In this document: positions 13,134 to 26,683 of the stretch, piece after piece
Layout: every line of letters begins with the position of its first letter
How positions within the stretch are numbered: the first letter of the stretch is position 1
NCBI GenBank assembly: GCA_010405405.1
Contig: MU004234.1
Coordinates: forward strand, 2,329,697 to 2,393,696
Source of the DNA: Microthyrium microscopicum
Lineage: Eukaryota
Direction of reading: 5' to 3'
DNA: 64,000 nucleotides
Notes under the pieces: model-generated
What the model was told of the DNA's origin: nothing
Database searches by the model: none
Seen by the model: the letters and a program-made list of their open reading frames with translations, nothing else
Position numbers and translations under genes: made by a program

Positions 13134-14114
13134 AACCCTAGGCAGCAAAAGGTTTTGGTGAAGCCGCAATATAATGTTAGATCACTTGTGGTATAAGACT
13201 GGACTGTTCCTTTTCATCATGGGATTCTAGGGTCTACCGGGAAATGGAAATGGAACGGAGGTCGCACTGTGGAGTCATACCATTTGCACCTCCAAGGGAT
13301 TCATGCTGCAATCTACTGCAATCTGACTGCTTTTTGGCGTTGTCGTTACACCGCATTGTTTTTTTACCACTAAAAGCAAGATCCCCCTTGATTACTGCTA
13401 TCGCTTTCTTCTATGACCCAAGATTGATTCACGAAAGTCGTTCTTTATGAACGTCATTGTTATTGTTATATCGCTACTTGGTGTTTTTGCTGTTAATGTC
13501 AAATGATTCTTTTCGCTTATTTACAATTCCCCTTCTAGCAAATCATGTCGTTTGGAAGCTTTTTTCTCATGACTCGCAACCTCCTTTACTCGTCATTCCT
13601 AGCATTGCGTTGTCGCATGACCAGCGTTGCATCTACCTTTTGAAAATAGCTTGTTGCAGCGTGTCCAGGAGTTTTGTCGTAAAGACCCTAGATAGGTCCG
13701 CTATCTTCAAGGGTTATACTTGGGATTTCTAGCGTCTGCTGCGGGAATCTTTCAATTGTTCCTCATGTCGCTCCTTTGTATTCGTAATGTGTTTTTGATG
13801 ACAATAGCTGATACATCAGCATCAAGCAATGAGAAAATTCGTAATTAGACTGCGTGCGAATGCTCATCACATAATTAACACACGGTGTTTTCAATGAAAT
13901 GGTACGACACTTCTTGAAGGCCTAGATTGTTGAATCTCTTATATTATAGCTACCGTGTCAGCCGAGATCCGCAGCTAGAGCAGCTTTATCTATTGCACAT
14001 GAACTGTACTGATTAAGAGTATTTCCTCGGCCACGAGGCCAGAAGTTCATGCCGCAAGCTTCCTTGTAGAAGAAGTTTGGTCTCCAATATTTATGGAGAC
14101 CAGTAGTCCAATGT

Positions 14115-14594
14115 TCATGCAGTGTTCGCCTTCAAATTTGCAGCTTCTGCTGCCCGTAGTTCATCCATTTTCTTAACGCGCTTTTTGAATTCAGCATACT
14201 GGCACCCTTCGTACGAATGACGTTCGTGCTACACCAACACATTTGTTAGCCTTTTCATAACCTCTCGAAAAGCTGTGCCCATCTCCGTTCGAGAAATTAC
14301 TTGCGTAGGGTACATACATCGCACTTCCATGGCAAATACCACTCTTTTTGCCGGCATTTATTCAATGGTATCAATAGGTGAGCGCAGGAATCTCGATAGG
14401 CAAGTGGTAGACGGGCGGCAGTCATTTCTTCGCGAGTTGCAGCTATAAGGGTAATGTTAGTGCACATTCTTGACGCCTTTCACAGCTTCCATGTTGGTGG
14501 TAGGGAGCCATTGAAGGGTCTACTTACGTCCTTTGGGATCTTCATGGCCGTGGCCAAGCCCAACGGCTGCTTTTATGGTCTCGGTGACTGTCAT
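14115..14594 (-). CDS. NDUFB7: NADH:ubiquinone oxidoreductase B18 subunit (NDUFB7-like), missing from the ORF track
   Basis: Exons 14594-14528, 14442-14318 and 14228-14115 splice in frame to ...PATREEMTAARLPLAYRDSCAHLLIPLNKCRQKEWYLPWKCDHERHSYEGCQYAEFKKRVKKMDELR..., with twin Cx9C motifs. Confidence 0.92.
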
Positions 14595-14809
14595 TGCGGC
14601 GTTGTTGAGCTCGACAGGGCGGTTCAATCGCGGCAACTTTGAGATGAAGTTGGAGCTGGTCAGTCAAGGTCTTGGCAGACTCTAAACCAACCACGGCGGA
14701 GCTAGCAGCGGCGGGGCGGAGATGCACTGTGCTTGGCCTGAATCAAATCTCGACAATTGATCAACCCTACCCTAAATGGAACATGACCTCCTCGCAGGCC
14801 CGTGCTTGA

Positions 14810-14824
14810 ACGCGTTTGACGCGC
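14810..14824. promoter_or_regulatory. MCB-like elements (ACGCGT plus adjacent ACGCG) in the divergent promoter upstream of the APSES gene
   Basis: Sequence aACGCGTttgACGCGc about 320 bp upstream of the APSES ATG. Confidence 0.4.
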
Positions 14825-15131
14825 ACCTCCACACTTCAATCGCGTTCTCCCAATCTGGATCTTAATCTCTTTCCATCCTGCCACACAATTGTGCTCCCGC
14901 TTGCCAAAGCCTTTATCTCTATAGCCCGCTGTGCAACTCTTGCATCACAAGCCCTCAAAACCAACAACACCCAACAAGGCCTTGTCTCCCCGACTCTCCT
15001 GTTTGACATATATCCGGCAAAAGTTTGCTTGCCATTGTTTTCTCGGCTTGCTGCATTGCGCAGATATTAGCCTGCCGGTGTAGAGTTCCGCTACTTCTTC
15101 AAGGTCTTTGATAGACCCCGCTCTGTTCGTC

Positions 15132-17448
15132 ATGTCTGGAGGCAATGTTCCTGGTGGTGGGAATATCTACTCTGCTACGTATAGTAATGTAAGTTTGATA
15201 TGTAGGCTTTGCCGATGCTTGCAACACTGGTCGTCCTCGACGAAGCGGATCTTCTGAGTCCGAGCTAATATGGTATTGTATAGGTGCCAGTATACGAATT
15301 CAACATAGGTCCTGGCGTGCAAATCATGCGCCGCCGGGCGGATGACTGGATCAATGCGACACATATCCTCAAAGCTGCTGGTCATGACAAGCCAGCTCGG
15401 ACCAGGATCTTGGAGCGCGAGGTTCAGAAAGGCGTACATGAGAAGGTACAGGGCGGCTATGGCAAATATCAAGGTAACTATCATCTTGGAATCAGATATA
15501 TGAGGAACCACTCGCTGACAGGTCCACAATAGGAACCTGGATACCGCTGCCTGATGGCCTGGCTCTCGCAGAGCGGAGCGACATTATCAACCTTCTACGT
15601 CCGATATTTGACTTCGTTCCTGGAGATTTTAGTCCTCCAGTCGCTCCAAAGCATGCTACGGCTGCTTCGTCAAAACCTAGAGCACCTCGTCAAAGCATGG
15701 CTAAAAAGCTAGCTGGTAAGCATCTCCGCTCGCAAAGTGACCCAATCCATGCTAACTTTTTCATAGCTGCAAAGGCAGCCGAAGAACAACAAGCTGCAGC
15801 TGCAGCACATCAAGCTCAGCTACAACAGCAGCAATACGAAATGAGCATAGCACCACAGGACATGGACTATCAAGCCACCGAGAGCCAGTCCGTCATGTCA
15901 GAAAGCATAATGGACGAAGATATGTATGGAACCTCACAATATAGTACTTCACGGAAACGTAAACGAGACGAGCCTGAACATAACATGGTTGATTTCGAGC
16001 ATCAGAACTGGGCAGATGCACTTCTCGATTACTTCATGCTTGCCGATTCTGACGACCGCTTCCCCAATCCCCCACCACCTCCACCAGGCGTCAATATCGA
16101 TAAACCAATTGACGATCGAGACCACACTGCGCTACACTGGGCTGCCGCTATGGGCGACACTGAAGTCATTCGCTCCCTCGTTGATATGGGCGCCAAGGTT
16201 GGCAAGGAGTCAAAGAACTTGGAGACACCTCTGATGCGCGCTGTTATGTTCACTAATAATTACGACAAGCAAACCATGCCAAAACTGATGCGGACGTTCT
16301 TCAATACAGTACGGAACACTGATTATTTCGGATCCACCGTTTTCCATCATATTGCTGCCACGACATCTTCGAAATCAAAATATGTCCCAGCCCGCTATTA
16401 CCTCGATACCATAATCAATGCGCTGAAGGAACAGTGGATACCAGACGAGATATCAAAACTCCTGGACATGCGAGATCAAAATGGGGACACCGCCGTTCAT
16501 ATCGCAGCACGGAACGGGGCTCGCAAGTGCGTACGCATATTCATGGCCAACAACGTGTCCCTGGATCTCCGGAATAACCATGGTGAAACTGCCGACGAGA
16601 TGATTCGACAATTGAACGCTCGAAGACGGACTCACCCAGGTGCACGAGGCCGCGACGCATCTTCCTCGCCCTTTGGGCCTGACCGCGCCCCTCTCAATGG
16701 TGATTCCAGTGTCGGTGCCCTCTCAATGCCCGTGCAGCCAGAATATCGAAGTGAGACGGCGAATATGCTTCTCAACCGGATAGGCCCCACATTCATGGCC
16801 AAAGTACGGTCACTAGCTCTCGCCTATGAAGCCGAATTCCAAGAAAAGGAGACCGAGGCGATTGAGAACGAGAACGTCATTAAGAAGCGCAGAACTGACG
16901 TAGATGCGCTAAACAAACAAGCTGCAGAGCAAAAGATTCAACTCGAGACCCTTCGCATGCAGCTCGCAGCATCAGGTGAAACCCACGAGCAAGAAAAGCT
17001 GCGCGAGGAAGATGAACTCCGCGCACTCGAGGCGGAGGCCATGTCACTACTCGAATACGAGCAACGCGAATCACTCGGCCGCGCCATGCACAAAGCTGGC
17101 ATTGCGCCTGGCTCCAACACCAAACCTGCAAGCGCGCGTGCCGGTCACCATCACATACAGAAGCCAATGGGCCCACCTCCTCCTGCTAATGGCATGGGTG
17201 ATATTGAGCAGCGTAAGGCACTTGCGGCTAAGGTCCGCATGGCGCAGATCGAGCGACAGAAGCTCACGCGCGATATTGTGCGGAACATGTCGACTGCTGG
17301 ATTGGCTGGTCGGCATCACGAGTATAAGCGGCTCATTCATGGTGCGCTTGGCATCAAGGAGGATGAGCTGGAGAGTATGCTTGACGAAATCATTGGCCAG
17401 TTGGAAGAGGATCGCCGAGAACGAATGGTTATGGCTGAAGCGGTATAG
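15132..17448 (+). CDS. MBP1: APSES/KilA-N plus ankyrin G1/S transcription factor (Mbp1/Swi4/Res1 family)
   Basis: [14 protein letters not shown]...[14 protein letters not shown]...[16 protein letters not shown], ankyrin repeats ([23 protein letters not shown]) and a C-terminal coiled coil. Introns 15189-15283, 15474-15532 and 15716-15766. Confidence 0.92.
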
Positions 17449-18151
17449 TCCTCTCTTTGCAGGGCCCATAGCTCCATGGCCCTCCCCCCTTTCAGGCTAT
17501 TCAGACGATTTATTGTTGGATATTCGATTGTAGCATATTCTACAAGTACGGGCTGAAAGCTGTTGCCATTGGCCAGGCACGTCTATGGTTGGTGTATCAA
17601 CGAGAGTTACCCTGTGCTGGGTGGCAGCTGGGGAGTTTGCATGACAGAACACAGTATTTATGGGACGTGCATATAAGTTAGTATTGAAATATTACAACGA
17701 AGCTGATAACTCAGACTGTGGGGAATGCTGGTTGCAAGGCAACACGGAAGTGGTGTGTGACACAATTCTTGCCCTATCGACTCATTTTGTGCTCAATACT
17801 CTACAGCGAGCGATACAGATTTCAGGGGCTCAAAAACAGCTTTCATTTCTATCCCCCAACAGACCCAGAGTCCCTTCTAGGCATCGCAAAACAAAACAAC
17901 CCTGCGGCCAAAGCCCATTAGGCAGTCGAGAGTATCGAAAAGAGCACGGAGTATATTGACTCTTCTCCCGGTTGGTGGTACTTAACACTCAATATATATT
18001 GATTGTTGCAGATCGATGCTCCCAGTGAAATTACGATTTCATAATACCGGACTATATGATGTGTACACTTTAGATCGTCTGACGGGCCGTGAGTCTGCAG
18101 CACCTTTGGACACCACGCTTCATTCGAATTTGAGAAGCTCGGCAATTCAAA

Positions 18152-19046
18152 ATGAAGCTTTCAGTAGCAGCAGCGCTTGTGCTGGCCCCATATGGTGTTC
18201 TATCTCACTGTAAGTATATCGGTCAAGATTGCTAAGAACTTCACTAATGGCACACTTAGATGCCTTCTGGCGCATGGTAGTCAACGGCACCACTACCGGA
18301 GAATGGGAATACCTGCGCCGAACCGCTGGTGAGCCAGGCTCGAAACCTCTCGAAAACCCATCAGCACCAGGTATTCGATGCTACGAGGATGGTTCCCACA
18401 AGATCGTGAAGACGGCTACAGTGGCCGCAGGCTCAAAGATCGGATTCAAGGCTTCCAACACAATGGGACATCCAGGACCGTTTACTTTCTACATGGCAAA
18501 AGCGCCGACGTCTGTGGAGAGATGGGATGGAAGTGGAAACGTATGGTTCAAGATTGATGAGATTGGTGCCACTGCAGACAACGCTGGACTGCATTTCAAG
18601 ATGGGTCAGTGGTTTTCTTGAGTGGTTGTGACTCTGAAAAATAGCCACTAACAAGTTCTAGGACTCAGCCAAGTCGATACTGTCATTCCAAGATCGGTCC
18701 CCGCTGGGGAATACCTGATTCGAGTGGAACATATTGCGCTTCACAAGGCTGGCCAGCCACAGGTAATGATACCAGATAATACTCCCACCTATGTATTCGA
18801 GCTAATCATGGATGCCATAGTTCTATATTTCGTGCGGTCAGATCAGAGTAACAGGAGGTGGTTCAGGGAACCCAAGCCCAAAGGTTTCATTCCCGGGGGC
18901 ATACAAAATGTCGGATCCCGGCTTCAGCGGAAACATCTATAAAGGAACACCGTAGGTGTTTCTCACTTTATATGCCTCGATCATATACTAACTGCGATAA
19001 TAGAACGTCTTATCCCATGCCAGGCCCACCAGTTTGGAAAGGATAG
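18152..19046 (+). CDS. Secreted AA9 (GH61) lytic polysaccharide monooxygenase, catalytic domain only
   Basis: Signal peptide followed by His1 (H-Y-A-F), second His in [28 protein letters not shown] and YPMPGP. Four introns: 18210-18259, 18605-18661, 18763-18820 and about 18952-19003. Confidence 0.92.
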
Positions 19047-19235
19047 ATCAGGCTTGAATTGAAGATATGAAATTGGTCGGTACCTTGGTACCTTGATATT
19101 GAGGCTATGTACCAAATTGAACTCTACTTGAGATAAACTAAGTAGGACGCAAAATATCTCATATTATCAAACCTTCTTGTTGCGTGTATTCAGAGGAGGA
19201 GGTATTGACAACCACCAGATGCCAGAAGAAATCAA

Positions 19236-21908
19236 TCAGCAAAAACCTTGAACAATTTCGATTTCCGATTGCCCCCTGGTAGATTGCTTCTCCGCGTTTT
19301 TGGGGCCAATTTCTCCGAATTGCGTTGCTTGTGAATCTGAAGGAACTAGCGAAGATGTAATTTTTCTTGTCCATACCAAACCTTCCCGCTTCGTTGACGA
19401 CCGCCAGCCTAACGCTGTAGCAAAGCTTCTGGCTGCAAACCCAACTACTGAGGATGGGTAACGTACCCAGAACGTGAATCGACGAAATCGACGGGTATGC
19501 CACAGGCCGTTCATGGCATCCTGATAGTTTGCCGTGCTCAAATGCGATTGCAGACACCATTCGAGAACAACATATATGATTCCAAAGCCCACAAAGCTGC
19601 ATGAAAGAACAGTCCCAGCGATCCAATAAACTTCCACCTCTTGGTTGCTACTTTTGCTCCATCGTGTGAAATCAAGGTAGCCTCCGCCAAAACCCCATAT
19701 CGAAGTTTGACATGTGCAGTTGACAAAGGCTCCAACGGTTTGTGCGGCTATGAGCTAGGGATTGTCAGTGTCGATTCGTCACATCACTATGCTTCTATCC
19801 AACACTTTGAGGGGTACATAAGCTGCTGTTCTGCCGCTATACTGTACCTTTCTATCTTGCCATTATAGCACCTTATCAGAAAACCAACAACGGGAGCAGT
19901 TGCATGTAATGATGGATTTACAGAAAGAGTATGAAGGACACTCACGTAGACCAGCCACACCATATTGAAGCCTTCTAGCGGCGCGAAAAATACTCGCTCT
20001 GCCCATTTTCGACCCGGCAGATGATGCAATTCCAAGAAGTGATTTTGAATCATAGATTTAATGTCTTCCAGAGTCTTTTGCTTTCTTCTCATAGGAAAGA
20101 GCTTGACAAATGAGAGCACGACCAAAATCGTGAAGCGTTCTGCCAATTTAAGAGCTTGTTGGACTTTAGTCCTATCCACCGCGAGACCTGTAAAGCTAAT
20201 GTCCCTTCGAGCATCCATTGAGAGCGCACTTACATGATCCCTTTGTCGTCTTATTAGTGACTCCACGGTCCCTTTACGCACCGGGGAGGTTATGACCCAT
20301 GTTATAAGCTCTGAAAGTAGTAGGATTAAGGCGACTGTGATATAGATCAGATATCCACCAGTTCTACAGCCAAGGCCTACCGTTGGAGTGAAGAAGGATA
20401 TGATGAAAGCTCCCAAGGCCGTGCCAGTGACCAGTAGAACAGCACAGGATATTTGCCAAAACTGTCTTCCATCGAACCATACGAATCCTTGGTCCACCTG
20501 AAGATGGTTAGTGCAAGGTCAAGGAACGAATGTTGTCAAAGTCCAACAAGCAGTGGAAGACCAAATAGTCTTTCCAGCATGAAATCACATTGCACCTAAT
20601 GGTGGCCATTTGCTGCCATGGGAGCCATAACATCCGTGGTATCAATGCAAGATGTTGTTTTAAGCAAAAGCTTACCTGGCCAAGTACTAAACTTACTCGG
20701 GCTTCCTTTTCATTGTGAGAAAGCCATCCTCGGCCAATATCAGCAATGTAAGATTTCTCAATGTCAATAAGAATCGCATGTGCAGCGCCATAGTGAAACC
20801 GTGTTCTACCCTGCCCTGCGAAGCCACTGAAGAATTCTCCCTTGATTAATGGTGCTTTGAGGCTGATTTTGTCAATCCATTTTGCCATTCGGTCGGCTTT
20901 TGGCGTGTCTTCAAGCGAATCCATATACAATGCCCTGGCTTCTGGATCTTGCAGAGAACAACAAACAAGATCGACCATTTTATTGAGCTTTTGCCGTATG
21001 TCATCACTGACGATCGGATTACGATCAACGATGGAACAAAGAATCAATATTGGGAACCATGACATGAATAAGCCAAGACTGAGGTCGTGAGCTTGAGCAT
21101 TGTCGCCGAGTTGGATGAACGCTTTTAATGATTAGTATATTCTAGTTACCAATTCTAAGAGATCAAGTTGTTCTTACCTCCTTCAATCGATATGTCAACG
21201 CAAAACAAAAACCACATGGTGGAAATGAACACTGGCACAGCTCCACGTTTTCGATGGCTTCTAAGCGACTGGGCAAGCTTTCTTCGTATCTGAGTGAGGG
21301 TTTTGTTTGTGCCTACCAACCCTAAGTCCTTACTGAACAGACAGATTCGAAGCAGTCCTTCAGCTTCTTTCGTCAAGGAAATCAGCGGCTTCATCTTGTA
21401 CTGGTTGAGATTCATTAGTAGATAAAATGAATCTCGAAGGTCGGCAAAGTCGCTGTCAGGGCCCGGAATAGCTGCATCGTATGGAAGTGACATGTCCACT
21501 ACCGCCTGGTTAAGTAACACATCGTCTTTCCTGTAAGGTTATCTTACCAAACAGTGCACATTTGCCACTGATTTCAATATTCCATAAGACATACGAAAGC
21601 GTCGCCATTGGACTCCCCAACCACCGATTGATTGCCTTGACAGTTCTCCAGAATGCGTTACTTTCAAACGGTGCTTGAAGGAGATTTCCGATCATTGGCA
21701 AGACCCACGTGAGAATTGTTGAGGATGAAGTGCTCCATGGGTAGTAACTATTCCCATGCCCGCAGACTGCTTTGCATCCTGCGGTCGTGATTTGAGTTTT
21801 GGGATCTGAAGGTATCAATCTCGTTGGGCCTGTGTAATTCCATTTTGCAATCAGATCCGGATCATTCATGTATCTTTGGCCACATTCTTCAAAGTTTGTA
21901 GTCCTCAT
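19236..21908 (-). CDS. Multi-exon integral membrane protein of unknown function; start approximate
   Basis: Five collinear minus-strand ORF blocks separated by GT-AG introns. Several TM segments and motifs LLQAPFESN, GFAGQGR and FFTPTVGLGCR. Confidence 0.75.
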
Positions 21909-22890
21909 AGCTGCACGGTAATGTGCTCTAGCAAATCCTGATTGCTGTCGGTCAGGAATACGGCTGAAGGTTTTCGTGGCAAACCTTGATCCTGGATATG
22001 TCGGATATTTTTGGACGTGGTGAGATAGGACTCAGGAGAAGAGAGCTGTACATCAAAAAGTTCTCAGGCTTGAGAACTACCAGACCAACATCAGCTTTCA
22101 ACCTGTCCAATCCTTTATTTTAAAGTTCTAACGAGCCGTAGACACGAAATCCGGCGGAGAGGCGTTGTTCACATGCTCTCGGTTGAGACATCCACCTCAG
22201 CTTGGAATCCAGCAGGGCGGTATTATGCTTCCTAGATTGCCACTTGACGAGAAATTCATGTCGCAAACAAAGACCATAAATCTTGGAGTGAGAAAACTGG
22301 CCCGTTCAATATGTGCCAAGGCCCAATACACGATGCAGATGATGTTTTAGTTCCGCCTGCCAACGAGCACTGCAGATCGAGTGCGTCGCGAGGGTCAATC
22401 ATGGTCTTTGATTCGATTGTCGAATTATGCAGACTAAGTACACCAACATCGAGATCTGATCCGCCTTGAAGAGGGGACCATCCACGACCTAGCTCTTTGA
22501 TAGTGCATCTATTTTCCAAATTGTACTGTATGTAGCAACTGATTTTGGTAGTCACCTATACCGAAATCGCCTATTGTCATGCATTGTATACCGCGATTCA
22601 AGTTGTCACCGTTCATACTTTTGTTTTGCATCCCTCAATCTGACGTCTTATTCTCCCTTTCATAGGAGTTTGCCACAGACATCACTCCGTAGAGTAAAGA
22701 GCAAGTTACAGCTGATCGAAGCTTTCAAGTGGGGATATTAAGTGAAAACATGCGCATGTTATTTGAGAGACTAGGATAGTAGCCAGTTCTCAAAGGTTTA
22801 GGAAACGGTCAGGTAGGTCTCACGATGGGCGAGCTTATCATATGTGGAAATTGCTAAAGCATGGATTCGCTCGACTACAGTAAACCTACA

Positions 22891-24052
22891 TCAAATTCCA
22901 GAACTACGTGTCGCATTGACATCGCATCGACTAATCCAACCAAAGTACGAAACATGCCATGCTGCCAGAACAGCTACATCCATTCCTGCTCCTCCCGCAG
23001 GAAGAGGCACATTGACTTCGTTTCCAGTAACAATCTGAATATCGTTCTGTGACGGAATTGGAAATTGTGGAGGAACCACATTATTTGTGATATAGTAACT
23101 TGGTGAAATGTGATAAAACCCCGAGACACCTGGGAACCCGCCTGGAAGCGTGCTCGGGAGATTGACAATAGCATCAAACATACGAGTAACCCGATAATTC
23201 CGTCCGCGCGCTGGTTCTTCGCTCTGAATGAATGTTGCGAGAGCCATGTTGGATAGGCGTGGTGAAGCATAACTACCTAGATCAACAACTCGATTGGGGA
23301 TGAGCCGCCGGAGCTCTACGGCGGCGATTGTGGCCATGGCAGCGCCAAAAGAATGGCCGGTGGTGACGATTCGAAAGCCAGTGTGTGCTTGAGCTTGAGC
23401 CTGGACGGTTTGGATTATGGGAAAGGTCGAATTCACCTCTTTCCAAGCCAGTAAATCACCGGTGGCTACTTCGCATCCATTGCACCATTCTGGGACTGGA
23501 GAGAGCGTCACAGATAATGCGTTTGCTTTACAGTTTCCAATGGCTACATTTGGGTCCAGCTGTGAGTTATCGCAGAAGGCGGTGCCTCGAAAGCCAACGA
23601 CAATAAGGCTTCGAGTGATATCGACTGCCACATATCCGCTGACTTGATAGGTTGTTCTAGAAGATGTTAGCGGCGTTACAGCTTCTGGATGATCAAGAGT
23701 ACATACCCAACAAATTTGAGGACGGTTTGTACATTTCCTATGTCTGGGCAGTTGCCAGAATCTCCGCAGGTTAAGGCGGTTTTGGAGGGAGTGTTTAGTT
23801 TGTAGTTCTGATTGCAGTATGCCGCTGACGTGAACTGTTTATAGAGAGAGATTGAGGCATAATCGGTGGCATTTATTGTCGCTGGAGTAAAGATTAGTAC
23901 ACGGAAAGCATAAACGGTGCGTTGACTGTGCGAAAGTCAACTAAAAAAAACATGAACTTACCTCGCTTAGCAAGAGGTGAAGCATCGACCCAGTTGTTCA
24001 GAGCCAAGAGACCATATATGGCCGATGTAAAGTAGGATCTGGTAAACATCAT
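22891..24052 (-). CDS. Secreted class 3 lipase
   Basis: Signal peptide plus KR propeptide, SAAYC, IVVGFRGT, nucleophile elbow TGHSFG, RVT..FDAIVNLP and WHVSYFG. Two introns near the 5' end. Confidence 0.88.
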
Positions 24053-25368
24053 GATCAATATGTCGAAAGTAAAGCAATGTTTCAATTGTATGATGATGAT
24101 GGTATGGTAGTTCAAAGGAGATATGATGCTTCAGAACACAATCTTGTCCTGAGCTTATATGCATCTTGAACATACTGTGCTTCATGGAATTCTATTCTTG
24201 ATGCTTGGCCAGAAATAGTTGGAGGTGGCAGTGACACTGGTAGGAATCTGGGATTGTGAGAATTGGGTGTTACTACAAAGCTCTATACCCAAGAGTTTAG
24301 GCACAGTGAAATTAGGATTTGAAGTGGACATCCAGGTCAATCCGCAAGCAATGACAGCAGGAACGAAAAGGACTAGGGATTCTGAGGTTCACGACGCTGC
24401 CTGCCGATGGAGCAATAGCTGCATCGCAGTGCTATTAACCATTTTGAAAAGAGAATAATGGCTGGAAAGGTTCAAGCAACAATAACAGTTTGAAAGGCTA
24501 AATCTAAGCATGCGACTGAGTATACCGTCAGGCGCAAGATTCTACAGTCATTGTGCATGCTAAGCTCGATCTTTACTATCATGAAATTCAATAGGGGCAG
24601 GATTCAACTGTCACTGTGCAGGTGGAAGTGCCACTGGAGAAGACAAAAACAAGGCCCATTGTAAAGCATCAACACGCCAGCAGTTTTCTCTACGGTTAAA
24701 GGTGCATCCTTCGGATAATCAGATCTCATCTTGGCGACACAGCATATTGGCAGGTAAATCAACACCAGGTGTCAAAGGATGTATGGATGTTGTATGAAAC
24801 TAACAACGACGAAATACTAGAAGGCGCAGCATAATTCAAGTCCTTCAAGCCTACTAGTCACAGACTGTGCCAGAGTCGCCAAATAGAACAATTGGTTATG
24901 TGAAGGACGTTATAGGCTACATTACCAGGCAACCAGCCACACCAGTGGGAGAGTTGAGCCTCAATTTAGACGCCAATATGATTTGGCATTACAATGCCCG
25001 TTTTTTCGATGGATTGAAAGAAAATTCAATAGACGGTGCGAACCATTCTCTAAAACAGTGCGGCGAAACCAGGCTGGTGGATATCAGGAGCCATGTCGAA
25101 TCCTTCACAAGTTCACATCATCCTTTGGGAATAGATGGGAATGGGTAATCTTTAGGCCGAGATGCCACAAGGGGTAATCTTTGAGCCGAGATTGGGCTAG
25201 TTGGTCTATATAAGTGAGTACCTGTGGAATTCGTACGGTACAAAGCCGAACATGAAATTTAGTTTCGTATGGTTGTAACTTGTCCTTCGTCAACACATTT
25301 TGCAAAGCGTTCTGATTGGCCAGAAGATCTGCCACACACTAACCTAGCACCGACCAGCGCTTTTCTTA

Positions 25369-25853
25369 CAGTGTTATCAGGGTTATCTTCACCCCCCCCT
25401 TGAAAACGTAAAATGGGGCTTCAGGCCGTAATTGGGTGGATCTTCGGGGCGGGATGGACGTTACAGTGCAAATTTGTAGGGCGTCTCCTAGTCGCGGCCT
25501 ATTAGCAGCCCTTGAAAATTATCCTTCCTAAATACTATATCTTGGGTCGCTTTTAAAGCCATATTAATAACGTAGAAATTAAATTTTGATATTGAATAAA
25601 TACTTACTACTAACCTGAAGATACATTAAAATACTAAAAATTAAGATATTTGATAAAGATTTGGCTTTAGAAGAGATAATAATGTGATTTGGGGAAGAAG
25701 ATGGAGTTGGTAAGTTTGATCTAAGGGGCCTTGGGGGCTACGCCAACAAATTTGCATACTAACGCACTCTTCAGATCCTTCCGCCCTCCAATCAGGCCCT
25801 GAAGCGCCATTTTATAAATTCAGGGGGGGGTGAAGATAACCCTGATAACACTG
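25369..25853. mobile_element. Non-autonomous DNA transposon (MITE), Tc1/mariner-type ends
   Basis: About 30-bp perfect TIR CAGTGTTATCAGGGTTATCTTCACCCCCCC at both ends. TA on each side (25367-68, 25854-55). AT-rich non-coding interior. Confidence 0.9.
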
Positions 25854-26683
25854 TAACCTCAAAAGACTTTCACAAGAGTAAGAGCAATAGCCATGGTTCA
25901 ATGGGTTGAATGGCGAGGTCGGTTGCTTTTCGAGGGTTGTCTATGGTATCGCTATGTTTTGACTACTTCTTTCCTTGTCAAGTGCCAGTGTCTAAAGGCG
26001 CAAGAGCGTGTACAATGAGGATTGCAACAGGAGAATAAGCTTAACATCACTCTAAGATACGATGGGAGCCTTGGAGCCATCAAACTTAACGGCATCACAA
26101 CATATATTTTGTTCACCAGTAGAAGGTATACGCAGGATTTAGGACACTATGACCATTCTCGCACCACGCTCCCTATTTCATCTAGCCTCTAGAATACAAC
26201 TTTACCACAATACACTATCTAAAGTAGCTGTCAACTGCAGTGCATATAGCAAGATCCGCAAATAAAAGCATATTTCTTCTGTGTGCAGCGACAAATTTTC
26301 TTTTCCCATCCCTATTGGACTCCAGCAGAAGCCGAATAGGCCCCAAGAAGCCAATAAGCTGATCCAAGCCATCAATATGTAGGCCGGTAATAACAAGCAA
26401 CTGAACAAACAACCAGGGCCCGCCCCCCAGAACCCGAATTTTGTAAAAGGGGAATCAAATGGAAAGAATCCGACGCCGATTGAAAGTTGCAAATAGGTAT
26501 ATCGAACTCGATGGAAAACAGAAACAATCGATGTTTTGTGAAAAGGTAAAAAGAGGCCTAGTGAATCCGTACACACCCCGCCGGAATCCCAATGCTCGCT
26601 AGCCATGGTGCAAATGATTTACTGCTTTTGTTGTGTTCGTTTTATACACCAAGAATTTCCTCCAGAGTCGGCATTGCGTACTA

